A stretch of DNA of 64,000 nucleotides from Octopus sinensis (taxonomy: Eukaryota): contig NC_043001.1 of the NCBI RefSeq assembly GCF_006345805.1, positions 94,426,001-94,490,000 on the forward strand, in the 5' to 3' direction. Every line of letters begins with the position of its first letter. Positions within the stretch are counted from its first letter, which is position 1. Below the pieces are notes generated by a model. The model was not told where the DNA came from. It was given only the letters and a program-made list of their open reading frames with translations, and did not search any database. Shown in pieces: positions 49,821 through 64,000 of the stretch. Both the position numbers and the translations under genes were made by a program.

Positions 49821-52800
49821 GCACACAAATGGATCATATTTCGTAATTGCTTATAAAGGAATGATTAATATTTAGTAAGCCGTCTGCACCAGTGTTGACG
49901 TAGGGGAGTAGTAAAGCAAATAATATTTCATAGTAATAACATTGTTTTAATACACGCATCTCATAAGGACAAGCAAATTTAAGATGCTGCAAAGTTAAAT
50001 TTACAACAAATTAAAATAAAAAAGGACACGCATATGCCAATGGGATTATGATTTAATTGGAATTCAATATTTTAGAGAATATTAAGAGGATTCTGAATAT
50101 AATTGGTGGTTAATGAATTACTTCTCGGGTTTGAAGTTATATATATATATATATAATGTATAAAATATGAATTCATATCAAATCACAAACTGAGGAAGTT
50201 CCGTAATATAAACGTTTCTTCAATCCATGTTTCCCTATACGTTAATTATTATGTTCAACATATTGGAAAATAGGACGTTTTCATTTCCTTAAATTCTGTA
50301 AGCACTATGATATCAATCCTTTCAGCTTGATTTCCTGAGTGAAACAGAATATAAAAAATATCGTTTCTAAAATATAAAACATTAGAAAAATTATCGATAT
50401 TCAAAGAGAGTGGGATGCGATGCAAAGCATTTTTGATAACCGATTTTTCCCATTTCTCATCCTCTTGTGAAACATGAGCTATCAGTATTATTGAACACAT
50501 TTTCCTTGTACAAAAGGAGTTAGTACATAACAGTAACTAGAAAATTTGCATCTTAATTAGACTATTAAAACTAACTTTGACCGGATATGAAGCTGACACT
50601 GTCGGAGGATTCATTGCAAGTTCAATCTCCATAAAATTAATGCAAACATCTCACAAAAATGCCACAGTGCAGCAATACATTTCCCCTCCAAAACTGCATA
50701 TGAAATTTTATATGATTCATTTATTAATTAGCAATTACAAGCTTTCGCTAAAGGGTGTATTGTGTTTTGTAATAGTAGCGAGAATATTAGAAACTCTGAA
50801 GAAGATCTAGAGATACATTTTATCAGATCAAAACCTATCCTATGTTTGAGATAATAAAAAAGTATAGATCGTTAATTTTCTCCAGAAAGGAAACGTACAC
50901 CTCAGACATTTATGCATTCCAAATGAATATGTTTTTCTTGGAATTGAATAGAAAGGTATATTGATATGTCTACGAGGCGCAAGAGATGATTAGCATTTAG
51001 CATACGCATTTTAATGATTTATCAATGTTGACATTGAGAATGAATAAATGTGATAGCAAGATGAAGTACTTGCAAATTTATCACTCTAAAATAAATCAAA
51101 AATATGATAGTAGAAGAAAACACACTAAAATTCTCAAAGTATTCCCCATGAACAGATTATTCACAAAAATTGTTTATAAATATTTATGAGGATGATGGGT
51201 TTCTTCCTATGTATTAGACTAACATCAAAGAATAACACTCAGGATTAAACGAGCAGTTTTCCAACAACTATAAAGACACATGTTTGTTTAAGATATAGTA
51301 TTTTTTTTTCTCTGTAAAGTAAGATTCACGATTCATTTACTTCTTGAGTTAAAAGGATCTGTACTTTCGACTGAACACAGGTTATCCGATAACCGAGAGT
51401 TTTGAAGAATAATCGATGATAATGACTTAAAAGTGTAAAACAATGAAAGGAAAGTTGAAAATGAAACGGACGGAAAAGAAAACGACAAATAATCAATACA
51501 AAATGCATATTAGCGAAGAAATTAAGAGAATGTTAAGAAGAGCGACACATGAGGTAAAAAGATTAAAAAAAGAGAACGAAAACATAGATAAGGGAAACAA
51601 AATAAACAAGGAATGAGAGGTAGAATGAAAGTCAGACTAGAAAGCCCAAGGGAACGCTTTCACAGATAACGGATTGCGTTTAATCCCGAAAAGAAAGAGA
51701 GCGAGAGAAAAAAAAGGTCTTGGAAATTTTCGGAAAAATGGATCAAGTACATATTTGTATTGCTAAGGGAAATTACAGTTATTATTGATGTTTGTGTAAA
51801 TATTATCTTTACAACTTCCGCTGAATAGCAGAAACAACATAATGCCCGAGTGAATGCATTATACTATAGTTTTTGGTCGTTAAATATTAAAGTGAGTACC
51901 ATCAATAGTTATTTTGTGTTTCGTTTATCTAGTGTCTGTCCAAGAAATGCCGGTTGCGAACTTATGCCAATTATGTTGACTATATAGTACCTCACATGCC
52001 ACCATAGACTGTATGGTCTCCTATCAGTGCTTGTAACATTATTATTATTATCATTAAAAGTAGACGAAAGAAGGAAAGCTATCATAATAAATATAATGTC
52101 ATGCAGTGTTTAGACACACATCAGTACATTTTATGTTCAAATCGGAAACATCTCGCAGATCGATAAAAATCATTACTTTTTAAGTACACGGGTGGATTTA
52201 ATTGCCTAAAACCACCTCTAAAATATTTTTATTTCTGTCGAAGAGTGAAATCATTTTTCTTATTTCTATTCTGTATTCTTCATTTATTGACGAAACTATT
52301 AACACTTTGAACCTGCGAGTACGCTTCAGCGGGCACGATTTCGTTCGAACTTTTCCCTACAAGACCGAATAGTGGGTGGTCACATGGATTTGTCACTGTG
52401 GCTTGCTTATTGCCAGAAACACCTTTGTTAAACCGCATATCGAAGACCATGTGCCCGGGTGCTTTTGAGTCTTCCAGAGTTATAGAGATCCGAAATCATG
52501 ATCGCTAAAGCGTAAACGCGGGGCCAAAAACTGGTTAATAATTAATAAATAAGTGAAAAATACAAATTCGTAATCATAACAGAAACAACTACATCCTGAA
52601 AGGGATTATATCGATTGGAGCTACTTCTGTATCCATGTTTTCTGACATGCAAATCATATCATATTTAACGTTCCCATTTTCTTCTTTTACTTAATCTACG
52701 CCAACGCTCCACATATCCCTTTATCTGTCTAACTATATGTGGCTACGTATGCTTATACACCCAACCCCCACATACCTCCACACGTGATGTGAGTATGTAG

Positions 52801-53948
52801 GACTTTGTGCAAGTAACTATGTGCATATCTATAACTTTTTCGTTTGTACTCAATTTGCAGAATGATAGAAAACACATGCAACCACAATTAAGAAATGTTT
52901 ACCATGGCAAGGCTCTGGGAAATTGTCTGAAAATAATGTCCAATTCATTATGGTCACACCCGGCCCGGCATCTAAATCTGGAGGACTTGCTGAATGCGGT
53001 GTAGTCCTACTTTAGTATCTAAATGGCTATAATTGAACCCCAACATATCTTGTCTGCTGTTTTACCGACTACGTTTCATTGCAGTTAACATGCTTGAAAT
53101 ATTTATCAACCATCAAGTGCATCAGATGATCTCTTTTTTAGATAGCATTTTATAAAAACGGGGATCTAATGAGACTTAATCACATTATACTGTTCATTAC
53201 GTTATCGGTATAATGACTAACAAAAAGGGGGAACAAATGTCTATAATAAAGCTCTATCGTAATGTGTAGTGTAATTATATTTACTATATAATATATAATT
53301 GTAATTGTATGTAATTATAACGACGTTGATGCCTCTTAGTGTAAACAAAACTATTAGATAAAGGGAGAACAAATATTGAAATTGACTCATATATCTCTTC
53401 AATTTCAATTTCTAAATCAAGCAAATATCATTGACTCATATTTCTCTAAAATTTCACATTCTAAAGCAAGCAAATATAGAATTAGCCAATATAAATATTT
53501 TCTATGTCTATAAAGCCGGTAAAAATATCCAAGATAGAAAAATAATTTTATATTTCAGATAATATTGTTTTAGCAACTAATACGTTTTAGCTACTTGAAG
53601 AACATTTAGTAGCTACTTGAAGAACATTGACAAAACATGTCATAAATACAGAAATACTAAAAAATTGTATATTTATGAAACAATTTTGTATGACAGACTT
53701 TTACGAATAAAATATACAGTGAAATTTTTGCTCTCTGGTATTACTAGGGTTGATAGTAGAACACATTAAATTATAATTAATGATACACAATTTATCTAAT
53801 TAAGAAGGGTTGAATAGCAATATCATATTAAAGTATGGAGGAAAGACAAAAACGTAGATGTAGAAACCCACTGCCCAAAAAGAAAATATTTATGTGCTTC
53901 CCTAGGGCTAATATAAAAATGAAATAAATTATATTAAACATAGACGTA

Positions 53949-54365
53949 TGCGTGGCTGTGTTGTTAGAAGCTTCTTGACCAACAGCATGGTCCCGGGTTC
54001 ACTCCCATTGTGTGGCACCTTGGGCGAGTGTTTTCTACAATAACCTCGGGCTAACCAAAGCCTTCTGAGTGGATTTGGTAGACTGAAACATCGCTAGCCG
54101 CTAAACCTTTTTTTAATGTTTTCTCGCTGCTTATTTCTGTGTGTCTTTGTGTCTGTGTTTGTCCCTACCAGCGTTTGGCAACCGGTGTTGGTTTGTATAT
54201 GTCCCGGAACTTAGCATTGGCAGTTCCTCATGAGAGGCCGATAGAATAAATACTAGGGTTACAAAAAATAAATCCTAGGGGCGATTTCTTCCAATGCAGT
54301 TGGTACTTTAGCATGGCTGGTGTTAAATGACTGAAACGTATAAAAGAGTAAAAGAATAAAAGAAT
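53949..54365 (+). mobile_element. Full-length CORE-type SINE (ggagtggctgtgtggtaag family)
   Basis: Head with ggtcccgggttcactccc B-box, ggcaccttgggcgagtg core and (AAAGAAT)-like tail. Confidence 0.85.
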
Positions 54366-54807
54366 GTAATAATTAAAATATAGTTAAATTAAAATTGGAA
54401 AAAAAGCTGCAAAATCGCAAAGTAAATTAATTTCCTTTAGAATAATTCTTTAAAAGTAAGTCTTATGTGCTAAAATATAAAATATAAAAAAAAATAAATA
54501 TTAAATATTAAATAAACCATTCTAAGAATGAAAAACTAAATAATAAATGAAAGAATTACATATGATATTAAAAAAAAAAAAATTAAAATGCAAATTTATT
54601 CCGAACATTATATTTTTTTCAATTTTCTATGCAATAAGATAATATAAATAAAATAATAAAGTAAAATGTGTTGAAATGAAAAAATAAATATTTGAAAATC
54701 AATTTTTCGTTGAGGTGTCAAAAGTAAAATATATATAAGGGGAAGTTAAAAGAATAATATTCAGAACTATATAGGGTTATAGAACAGAATTATAGAACGA
54801 TATAGAA

Positions 54808-54935
54808 CAGATCGAACCCACAACTTATTTTTTGTAAGCCTAGTACTTATTGTATTAGTGTTTTTGCCGAACCGCCATGTTACGTAGACGTAAACACACC
54901 AACATGTTGTCAAGCGATTGTCGAGGACAAACACA
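54808..54935 (-). mobile_element. CORE-type SINE 3' fragment
   Basis: Homologous to 9650-9770. Confidence 0.7.
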
Positions 54936-54953
54936 TACACACAAACATATACG

Positions 54954-54996
<43 letters not shown>

Positions 54997-55000
54997 TATA

Positions 55001-55050
<50 letters not shown>

Positions 55051-55109
55051 ATACACATATATATATTATTTGCATTTGACGGATGTTTGTCATCATCTTG
55101 TTTGTTGTT

Positions 55110-55145
55110 AACAGCGTTTTTGGTGATGTACCTTCATCTGGTGTC
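55110..55145 (-). repeat. Decayed hammerhead-like PLE terminal motif
   Basis: GACAC CAGAUGA A GGU ACAUC ACC AAA ACGC UGUU; the core is mutated at U4 and G12. Confidence 0.35.
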
Positions 55146-55176
55146 TTGGGGATATTTCGAACCTCGTTTCTCATTC

Positions 55177-55177
<1 letters not shown>

Positions 55178-55243
<66 letters not shown>

Positions 55244-55282
55244 GTATTAGTATTAGTATTAATATTATTATTATTATTATAC
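55178..55282. repeat. (ATT)n microsatellite
   Basis: Directly visible. Confidence 0.95.
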
Positions 55283-55544
55283 AGGACACTGCTTGGAATC
55301 GAACTCGATTGTTGTTGAAGCTGAGAGTGTCCGAAAGATAGTCAGGGGGCATGTCCTCTGTGTCCTCAAATTTGAACCGACTGTCAATGTGATATCTAAT
55401 AAAATACCGTGGTAATTTTTTATGTTTATCAATCAATATATTTTTTCTCTAATTTGTTCCCACTCTAATGTCTAATTTGATAAACTTCAAGTTTCAAATA
55501 TTAATGCATAAAATGAGGTAAAAATGAGTAATGACTACTTTCAA

Positions 55545-55785
55545 TATCTTCTCTTGGATGGTAGGGGGACAAACACAGGCAGATACCGAGACAGAGACAG
55601 AGATACAGACACACACACACACACACACACACGTCCACACACATATATATATATGTATAAAGGAAACTGCCACATCTTCTCACAAGGCTTTGGTCGGCCC
55701 GAGGCTCTACTAGAAGACGATTGCCCAAAGTGCCACACAGTGGGACTGATCCTGGAAGATTCTTACCACACAGCCACCCCGATGC
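55545..55785 (-). mobile_element. CORE-type SINE 5' half
   Basis: ctcacaaggctttggtcggcccgaggct...aagtgccacacagtgggactga...taccacacagccac. Confidence 0.8.
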
Positions 55786-56344
55786 CCGTCATGTTCATCA
55801 TGTTCATTCTTTGTGTCTTAGAGATATTTATTGAAAATATACCCAGTTTATTTGATTTTTGCTGAGAGTTCAGACAGCTATTTCTTGCATGAGATGTGGA
55901 CTCATGGACTGTCTTTCATTTATGCTTGTGTTACTTGATAAACATATCTGGATACACAAACATGAGTATTTTACATAATTCTAAGTTAAAATGTGCAGTG
56001 TAATGTGAATACTAAATACCTTAATACATAGTAGTGTGAATATTGAACATATCGATTAATAAGTCAATCATTATCCTATCCTTTCATAACATGCATTAGT
56101 GTATAATCACATCGTGTGTCTGTATTATACCAGCGGCACACACCTGTAGCCGCTGAAAAGACCATGATTGTTTCTGAGCTGACAAAATCTTTACCGACTT
56201 TTAACATAACGCAGTCTCGTGACCGTAGACTCTTCTCTGTATAAGTTAATTTGTGAAAACGTATATACATACGCAGGCGTAAAAACAGACACATATGCAC
56301 TAATCATTATTTCAATTTCTTATAGCGATGTGTTAGTGTGCAAT

Positions 56345-57072
56345 GACTGGCAGAATCGTTAGCACGCCGGATGAAATGCGTCTGCGGTTACGTTCTGAGT
56401 GCAAATTCCGCCGAGGTCGTCTTGGCCTTTCATCCTTTCGAGGTGGATAAATTAATTATACAGTTACGCACTGGGGTCGATATAATCGACTTAATCCGTT
56501 TGTCTGTCCTTGTTTGTCCTCTCTGTATTTAGTCCTTTGTGGGTAGTAAAGAAGTAGGCACATCGTCTGCCGAAGGCGGCGAGCTGGCAGAAACGTTAGT
56601 ACGCCGGGCGTAATGCGTAGCCGTATTTCGTCTGCCATTACGTTGTGAGTTCAAATTCCGTCGAGGTCGACTTGGCCTTTCATCCTTTCGGGGTCGATAA
56701 ATTAAGTACCAGTTACGCACTGGACTCGATGTAATCGACTTAATCCGTTTGTCTGTCCTTGTTTGTCCACTCTATATTTAGCCCCTTGTGGGTAGTAAAG
56801 AAATAGGTATTTCTTCTGCCGCTACGTTCTGAGTTCAAATTCCGCCGAGGTCGACTTTTCCTTTCCTCCTTACGGGGTGGACTAAATAAGTAGCAGTTAC
56901 GCACTGGGTCGATATAATCGACTTAATCCGTTCGTCTATATTTCTTTATCCCCTCTATGTTTAGTGCCTTGTGGGCAATAAAGAAATAAGAAACGTTAGT
57001 TGCGTACTTGGATAGATCTAATCGACTGGCCCCTACCCTCCAAATTTCGGACCCTGTGCCTATAGTAGAAAA
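56345..57072 (+). mobile_element. Head-to-tail cluster of three SINE copies plus a tail II fragment
   Basis: Copies at 56345-56556, 56575-56805 and 56806-56988; restarts at ggtatttc.tctgcc. Confidence 0.9.
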
Positions 57073-59646
57073 TAATATATTACGGGAGTGAAAATGAAGG
57101 TAATAGGAAAACTATTATAACATAGCTGATTTTGTCATTGTGAAGAATCTTAAAATGTAGAAGCTACATTTATGCCTTCTAAAGAAATGTCTTGCTTCAT
57201 TGTATAGAATAAATAACAAAGTAAAGGAAATTTCATTTTATTCGTGCACGAGATAACGAGATAGCAGGCGAAAGCAAATGCTTTGTTATGCTCTGATGTG
57301 TATAACGCAAATTTGCAAATACGAAAGTGGGCACTATTAAAAGGTATGTTGAAATATTTGTTTTATATAAGAAATAACTGTATGGCCACACTTTTTCTGT
57401 CATTGTAATGAATATAATAGTAGACAGAATAATATATTTACCTGACGCACATGTAAAGAATGTTTGAAAACGAAAACTAATACACACAAAATAATATATA
57501 TTATTATAAATTTGTTAAATATATGAAGAAAATTAGGATAGTTTTCGAACTTTACGAGAATTCCCAGATGGAATTAAGCAGTATACATTTGGACAAGTTT
57601 CTAAATAAACCAACAGAAATAACTCCAAACTTATTCACTAATTCCTTAGAGAAGAATTCTAAAAAGATACCGATTGTACAAATATACATACAACCCGTTA
57701 AATACATTGCTGTCGTTTACCTAAACGCTGCAATTTATTTCTAATGAAAGGAAAGACGTAGAAATAATTTAGGTGGAAATGCTAGGGAATGTTCGGCTTA
57801 CTACAGTTAGAATTCAGACGATGTGAACGTCCTGGACACATCAGCTAATAAATGTTCAGCTACAATAAAGCCCGTGAGATTTCACCTTTTATTAAGTAGA
57901 ATGCATTGTTTGCCAAATATTTTAAATTGGTAAATATGAGTTAGATAATATTTGATTAGTTATACGTCTGCATATATCAGACTCGACACTGTGGTTCCTG
58001 ACTAATTGAATTATATTGCCAGTTTTGCTCGTTTAGTTATGATGGATTAGGAATGGCCCACGTCTGAAGATTATGTGGAACCAAGTATATGACTTCACGT
58101 AATGTATCATAAGAAAGTTAAGAATTGAAACTTGTGAAATAAGAGTTATTGATAAACAAACAGAACATTATAAACAAAATAGCGTTTAGTCTCATAAACA
58201 AGCATTAATACTTAAGAGTTAATATTTGAATGTTTGCATGGATATGTAGGATCTATAAAGTCTAAGACAAAAAATCCAACACTACTGTCAAAAATGAACG
58301 AAGGAAACGAAGGATACAAATACACTCTCTGACACTTGAATACATAATGACAGCAAGTATGTCAGCTCTTTTAACAGGAATTTCGCAACAAATTCAAATG
58401 AAGTCAAACATCAGTTGAAGTCGGAATGATAGTGTGTAAATTTGAGTAAAATAAAATACGTCATCGTACGTGTTCACGTACCTAGTGTAGCGGGCGATAA
58501 AACAATAGCGGAAATGCAAGCTCAGTCGAAGATCGCACTGAATGTAATGCAGCCTTGTGTGCTTTATGCATATATATACTAATCAATAAAATGATGTCTT
58601 ATAATCATATCAACCAGAGATACAATTAGGTGCTCTAATGCACAAATTAAAATAAGTGTGAGCATGTACGCTTAAGTATCTTCAATAACTCCAGCACACT
58701 CATATTTTTTCCCGCTGCCAATGTTAGTTTGGTATCATTCTAGTCTATTAGAATTTTCGGTACTTTTTCGGGTTCAAGCAAATATTGAAAAATCCAAGAA
58801 TATTCTGTAAAATCTTCCATTATGGGAACGAACATCCTCTACTAATTGGAAAGGTATCACAGATAATATAGACCTTGACATATTAAATACTAAATAAACT
58901 TCTATGCTTCGTTAAGAATATATTGAATCTGTGCAAAGAAGTGAAATCAAATCTGAACAATCCTTAAATGCAATAATTAGATGAAACATTGCAATAGTTG
59001 AAAGAATTGTATCGCAATAGCATAATTCCTCAGTTAAACCCAGCTATTCAAATTCATATCGTGGATGAGGGTGATTAAAATAAATTCATTGGCGCTTTCA
59101 AGTATATACGTTTGTTGGCTTTTGTGGAAACCGTCACCAAATATTAACAAAACTGAATTTTCTTCGTAGACAAATACGAATGAGAAACTATTATGGCTGC
59201 TTAGCAAAATGATGATGTTCTTGATAAGAAGTGTACTGCAGTCTCGAAAGAAACATAGAAGGGGTAATATAATATCGCCATACAACAACCCGTATATTGT
59301 ACAAGGTATCAGTGATCTATATATAAATCTAAGCCAACCATGCACAAGTACCGTATAAGATATCACTAACTTTCACACCAATTGTAATATCACAAAGCAT
59401 ACAATAAACGAATTACCGTGTCAGCTGTTATCTGGAGAGACTACTGGTGTATCTTGTTCAATAAGTCTTTGTTTACAATCTTACAATCAATAAAATGTTA
59501 ATTTCTATCGACGACAATCATTTGCATTTAATATAACGTATGGCATTCTGAAAACATCTAAGTAGAGACAACTTACACCAAATCGTTAAAATTATTTAAA
59601 TGCATAATACATACATACATCTGCACACACACACACACGCACACAT

Positions 59647-59679
<33 letters not shown>

Positions 59680-60710
59680 CTTACACATGTACTTATATGT
59701 GTGTATATTCAGAGAAATGTAGATATATATATATATATAGAAAGAAAGAGAGAAAGAGCGATAGTTAGATATACACTGTTAGTAAAAGAGTGATTGTCAA
59801 AATCCAATTTAAAATGTAAGTGACATAACCACTATCGACTTGTCAGTTCTGATATCATCAAAAGTTTATCGCTGTCTCCTTCATTTTAAATTGATCTTCT
59901 TTCCGCAATCTGTAAACGGATTCCATCTCTGCAACCTGTTTCTGTTTTCTACGATCTTTACTTGTTTTATACATGTGAAATACACTAACGATCAGAAGGT
60001 ACCTTGCTAAATAGTTAAACACACACTTCAATAAAATATGAATGTATATAAATAAAAATATGTTGCTTTTCACCCTCGTTTTTACATTTATGAAACATAT
60101 TATCCTTTAAGGGATAAAGATATAAATAAAACTCATATGCCCAATCATCTTGTTATAAATTGTTATGCAATATCACGCATACGAAAACCATATATTGCTG
60201 TATATCATAATTTTTAATGCGCTTATTTTTACATATTGAGCCTGTATTGAGCTTATAATTATGTCTGTATCACACATAATGTCACGTACATTATGCTTCT
60301 ATATACAATGCAGTTTACATACACACACTCACATACACAACACTCACGCACTCACGCACACATACGGATATGAAGTGGAGAACTAGTTTATAATCTACAT
60401 ATTTCAGAACTCTTAAATTAATATTCCCTAATCAATGTTGTTGGCTCAAAAAAAGACGCATATTATAAACTGACACTCGTGTATCTTAGACTAAGATACA
60501 TCCTTTGTTTTCCCAAGCAACTTTCCGCCCCACCACACATACATCGATCGATCGATCGATCCATCAATCGATTCATCCATCCATATATATATATATATAT
60601 ATATAATATATATATATATATATAGTGAGAATTTACAAAAAAAACAACAACAAAAGACGCAGACGGGTGCGTAAGCAGCAAACAGGTGTATTAGTTTAAC
60701 AGTGAGTAAG

Positions 60711-60748
60711 TCTTTTACGTTTCAAGTCTACGCTCTTCGACAGAAAGA
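60711..60748 (-). ncRNA. Minimal hammerhead-like motif with an A6-to-U core variant
   Basis: UCUUU CUGUCGA A GAGC GUAG ACUU GAA ACGU A AAAGA: 5-bp stem I, GUA site, stem II partly decayed. Decayed relatives at 7141-7177 and 52223-52240. Confidence 0.45.
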
Positions 60749-62106
60749 AACGCAAAAATAAAGAGGGAGAGAAAATAAAGAAAGTTTAGTGGCTATCCAA
60801 ACTGAGGCCAATTTGAAGTGATGTATGTGTTAAATGCTACACAAGCTCATACAAAAGCTCATTGCAAAATAAGAACACTTGTGGAATGCAAGTGTGTGTG
60901 TAGACGATGTTCTTAATGATATTAACCTCCCGTTCATTGACATAGCTGTAACAAGATACACAATTATTCATCGTAATTCACAATAACATGCATGCAATCT
61001 GGAAAGGTCATTTAGTTGTAAATATCGCTGGAAACATGGGGCAAGTCGTAGATTCTGCCAAAGAAGTCTTTAAAAAAATGATAGATAGACTGATTGTAGA
61101 TACGCTTAAATTATAGGTGATTGTACAGGCTGAACCCGCTTCCTTTTTCGAAGTTCAATGCTACAAACACCTCGTCATGTAAAATCCCCAGGGAGCATTT
61201 AGTATGAATGATAACAGCATGCTTGAATTAGTAAAAGCCTGCTTTCAAAAATTCAAAAATCTAAGGTTTGTTAAAGACACTATAACGAATAAATTAGAAA
61301 TTGTTCAGTATAACATCTTTGTATTGTTTCAGCAAAAACTTTCGCTTTGCATTAGACTTAATTGTTTAATTTCAGTGAAATGACGATGACGGGGTGATTG
61401 GAGGAAACTTACAAGCAAGGAAAGACGTAATCAGAAAAACATTTAAAACAGGTGTCTCCTGAATAGCACGGTATTTGTTTAGGTCATCTTGAACATAACC
61501 TACTCAGACGCTTTATGATACATTATTGGATCTAAAAAGAAAATGTTCACCTAAATAATTTGTATGTGCGAATGAGGACGTGGGCGAATGTGAGGCTAGC
61601 AAACATTGCGAAGAGGTACTAATTTACAACCACTCAGAAATGAACATCACAAATTTGCAAGAAAGACACAGCTGATACGTCATACTATTCAAACAGAAGA
61701 GAGAAGGGTGCAAAATTGCTCTTTAATTACTTGAGATTTTCCTCGTCCGACCGTTCGGAATTCGAGGTACGGCTTTGTAGGTAACATGCCCCAACTACAC
61801 ATCGGCGAGCAGACTAGCAGTACTCATTGAACATAAGAGCAATATTAAACATTGACAGCGTAAATTGTCTTACCTCTTGAATTCACTTAACTTTTCATAT
61901 AGAATCTATAGTTTTATGCATGGAATTGTTAGTCTATTGATATCAATTATACTAATTATCGTAGTATGTCCAATTTTTCATCCTTTCAGAATCGATGAAA
62001 TAAATATCAATTGATGTGATCAATTGACACTCTCACTTGAATTTTATGGCCTTGTATCAGAAATTGAAACATACTATAGAAAAGAATAATAAAGAATACA
62101 GAAATT

Positions 62107-62290
62107 TTGGCTCAAGGCCAACGATTTCACGGGAGACGGTAAGTCGATTAAATCTACCCCAATGTTCAACTGGCATTTCTTGAATGTCAAAGGCGACCTA
62201 GGAGAAATTTAAATTGAGAACGTAAACACGGATGACATTCAGCTAAGATTTTAGCCCGGTACGTTAAAAATTCTGCCAGCTCTTCGCCTA
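62107..62290 (-). mobile_element. Degenerate SINE (ggcggcgagctggcagaa family)
   Basis: Ends ...ttctgccagctcttcgcct on the + strand. Confidence 0.7.
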
Positions 62291-63605
62291 ATTCTTTTCA
62301 AATATTAATCATCATTGAGCTTGAGATGTTGTATCATATCAGATTCATCCACAACAAATTATGGTTACGAAATCATGGTTGAATTATCTGATGCTTTCGG
62401 TATCTGTTCCAGTATTAACTAAATTACATTTAGGAGCTTTCAAATATTTAACAAACTTCCTTTCGTTTCTGTGACAGAAATCAGTAACATTTTCTGTACA
62501 TTTCCCACCTGGCAATGATTACATTGTAAATCACGCTATTTCAACCATTTACAGAATATTTATGATATGTTCTTAGATGTTAAAATAATCGTTGAACCCA
62601 TTTATCAAACTTTAAAATATGGTAACGTGTACGCTGCAAAATAAAATTTATATAGTGACTTCCTGAAATATTTCTCACGGTTAGAATATAAAGTTTTACT
62701 ATTCATTATGATATAAGCATTGTAGTTGTTTTTGTTGTAGTTGTTGTTGTTATTGCTGTTAGATATTCTGCGAATATGTGTCTTTACTGTTTTGTTTTCC
62801 AGTTCACGTCATTGTCTTTTGAATTTCGTCAGATTTCTTTTACACGTTTACATTTCCAAATACCCATCAGTAAATATCGTTGACAGCTTTAACATACTTA
62901 TTCTGTTATTATGTTCATATAATCTTTAGATCTATATTAGAAACTCATCTAATATTTTAAAGATTCAAACTATATATATATATATCCACATATATATATA
63001 TATGTGTGTGTGTATTTATATGCGTATATATTTATATATATATATATATATATATTTATTTATTTATTTATTTATATGTGTGCGTGTCTGTTTGAAAACA
63101 GTAAGAGGTCTGTAGGTAATATTGGTTAGAAGAAAATTAATCACCTCAAGCGGTTCTCGACACACTGATGCAGTCGATCATTATTGCAACAAAAGCAGAA
63201 ATGCACCACTGGGTCTCGTAATTGTTTGAAACTCATTCAGCATAAAGTATTGTGTAAAAATGTTGTATGGTTTTCTTATACATTATATAGTAGCCACGAA
63301 AGAAAATATGAGTCACATATGTAGTCACATATGTATTTTGATATAAATACATACACCAAAATGTGATATATGCGTGTGCGTGTGTGTATGTTTGTGCATT
63401 TACATACATGTAGACTTGTTAATATAAATACGTATATATATATATATATATATATATATGCATGTATATTTATATATGAGTGCGTATATATTTATATGTA
63501 TATATAAATTGTATTTAACCAATGATCGTGTATCTGTATTACTATCTCTCTCTTCAGCCTCTCTCTTTTATACCCCCCCCCCATATATATATATATATAT
63601 ATATA

Positions 63606-63815
63606 TACGAGGTCTGATCAATTAGTATCCGGACTGTTGCCGTAGTAAAGAATCTATAGCACGCAGTGTAAAGCCGCCTGGTTGACCTGTAACTCTGCTT
63701 TGTATGCGCACTAATTTTTAATATTCTAGCTGACTTCCGCTGTTTACAGCGCTGTTTGGAAGGAAGGAGTGATGAGGGTGATCGTTGCATTGACCATGAC
63801 AGAGAAACTTATCAT
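63606..63815 (+). mobile_element. Mariner 5' end fragment inserted in (TA)n
   Basis: TA-CGAGGTCTGATCAATTAGTATCCGGACTGTTGCC TIR, then ATGACAGAGAAA (MTEK), after which homology is lost. Confidence 0.65.
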
Positions 63816-64000
63816 GGTGATAAAAGAACGGTAGAATAAATAATAGGCTTACAAAGAATAAGTACTGGGATCGACTTGTTCCCTTCGACAACCAGTTTCC
63901 CTCCAATTACAAAGCAGACAGTTTCTAATAAAACTAACCTTCTCATTCAAATCTAACAAGTTTCAGTGCTATAATTTAGATCGTGTTCGTGTGGTTTTGC

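Noticed and set aside
53380-53630. Short tandem duplications (about 49 bp twice, 22 bp twice); similar ones at 4895-4950, 18187-18213 and 63311-63337
   Set aside because: Ordinary slippage duplications with no further structure.
57523-57744. 73-aa ORF, and protein-like snippets at 3690-3770, 31500-32800 and 58800-59330
   Set aside because: No recognisable motif, frequent stops, no splice support; cannot be assigned without a search.

Overview
Eukaryotic, AT-rich, repeat-saturated intergenic or intronic DNA. The SINE families and microsatellite load resemble those I recall from Octopus (coleoid cephalopod) genomes; this is recognition from memory, not a database hit. No host protein-coding exon can be supported, and most ORF-track entries are translations of (TA)n, (CA)n or trinucleotide arrays. 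Supported content: about 20 tRNA-derived SINE copies from 3-4 modular families; two decayed Penelope-like elements (PLEs; RT plus GIY-YIG); an R4/Dong-type RT fragment; a Tc1 (DD34E) remnant and its MITE; three mariner derivatives; a tandemly amplified non-autonomous Helitron-like element; a duplicated tRNA-Thr-like gene; and a 100-N assembly gap. Main observation: four sequence-unrelated units (15.5-16.9, 17.0-17.7, 21.5-23.0 and 41.3-42.5 kb; about 490-560 bp where a full unit can be measured), plus a probable fifth at 23.1-23.5 kb, share one architecture, (TA)n - inverted partial copy - head-to-tail direct copies - (TA)n. Each carries a type I hammerhead ribozyme (HHR) motif in the direct orientation. 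They look like retrozyme-type, probably circular-RNA-derived, PLE-mobilised elements that insert into TA microsatellites with a stereotyped 5' inversion. Several further solitary minimal HHR motifs occur, some with non-canonical cores. All folds were done by eye; activity is untested and assembly artefact is not excluded for the gap-adjacent locus.
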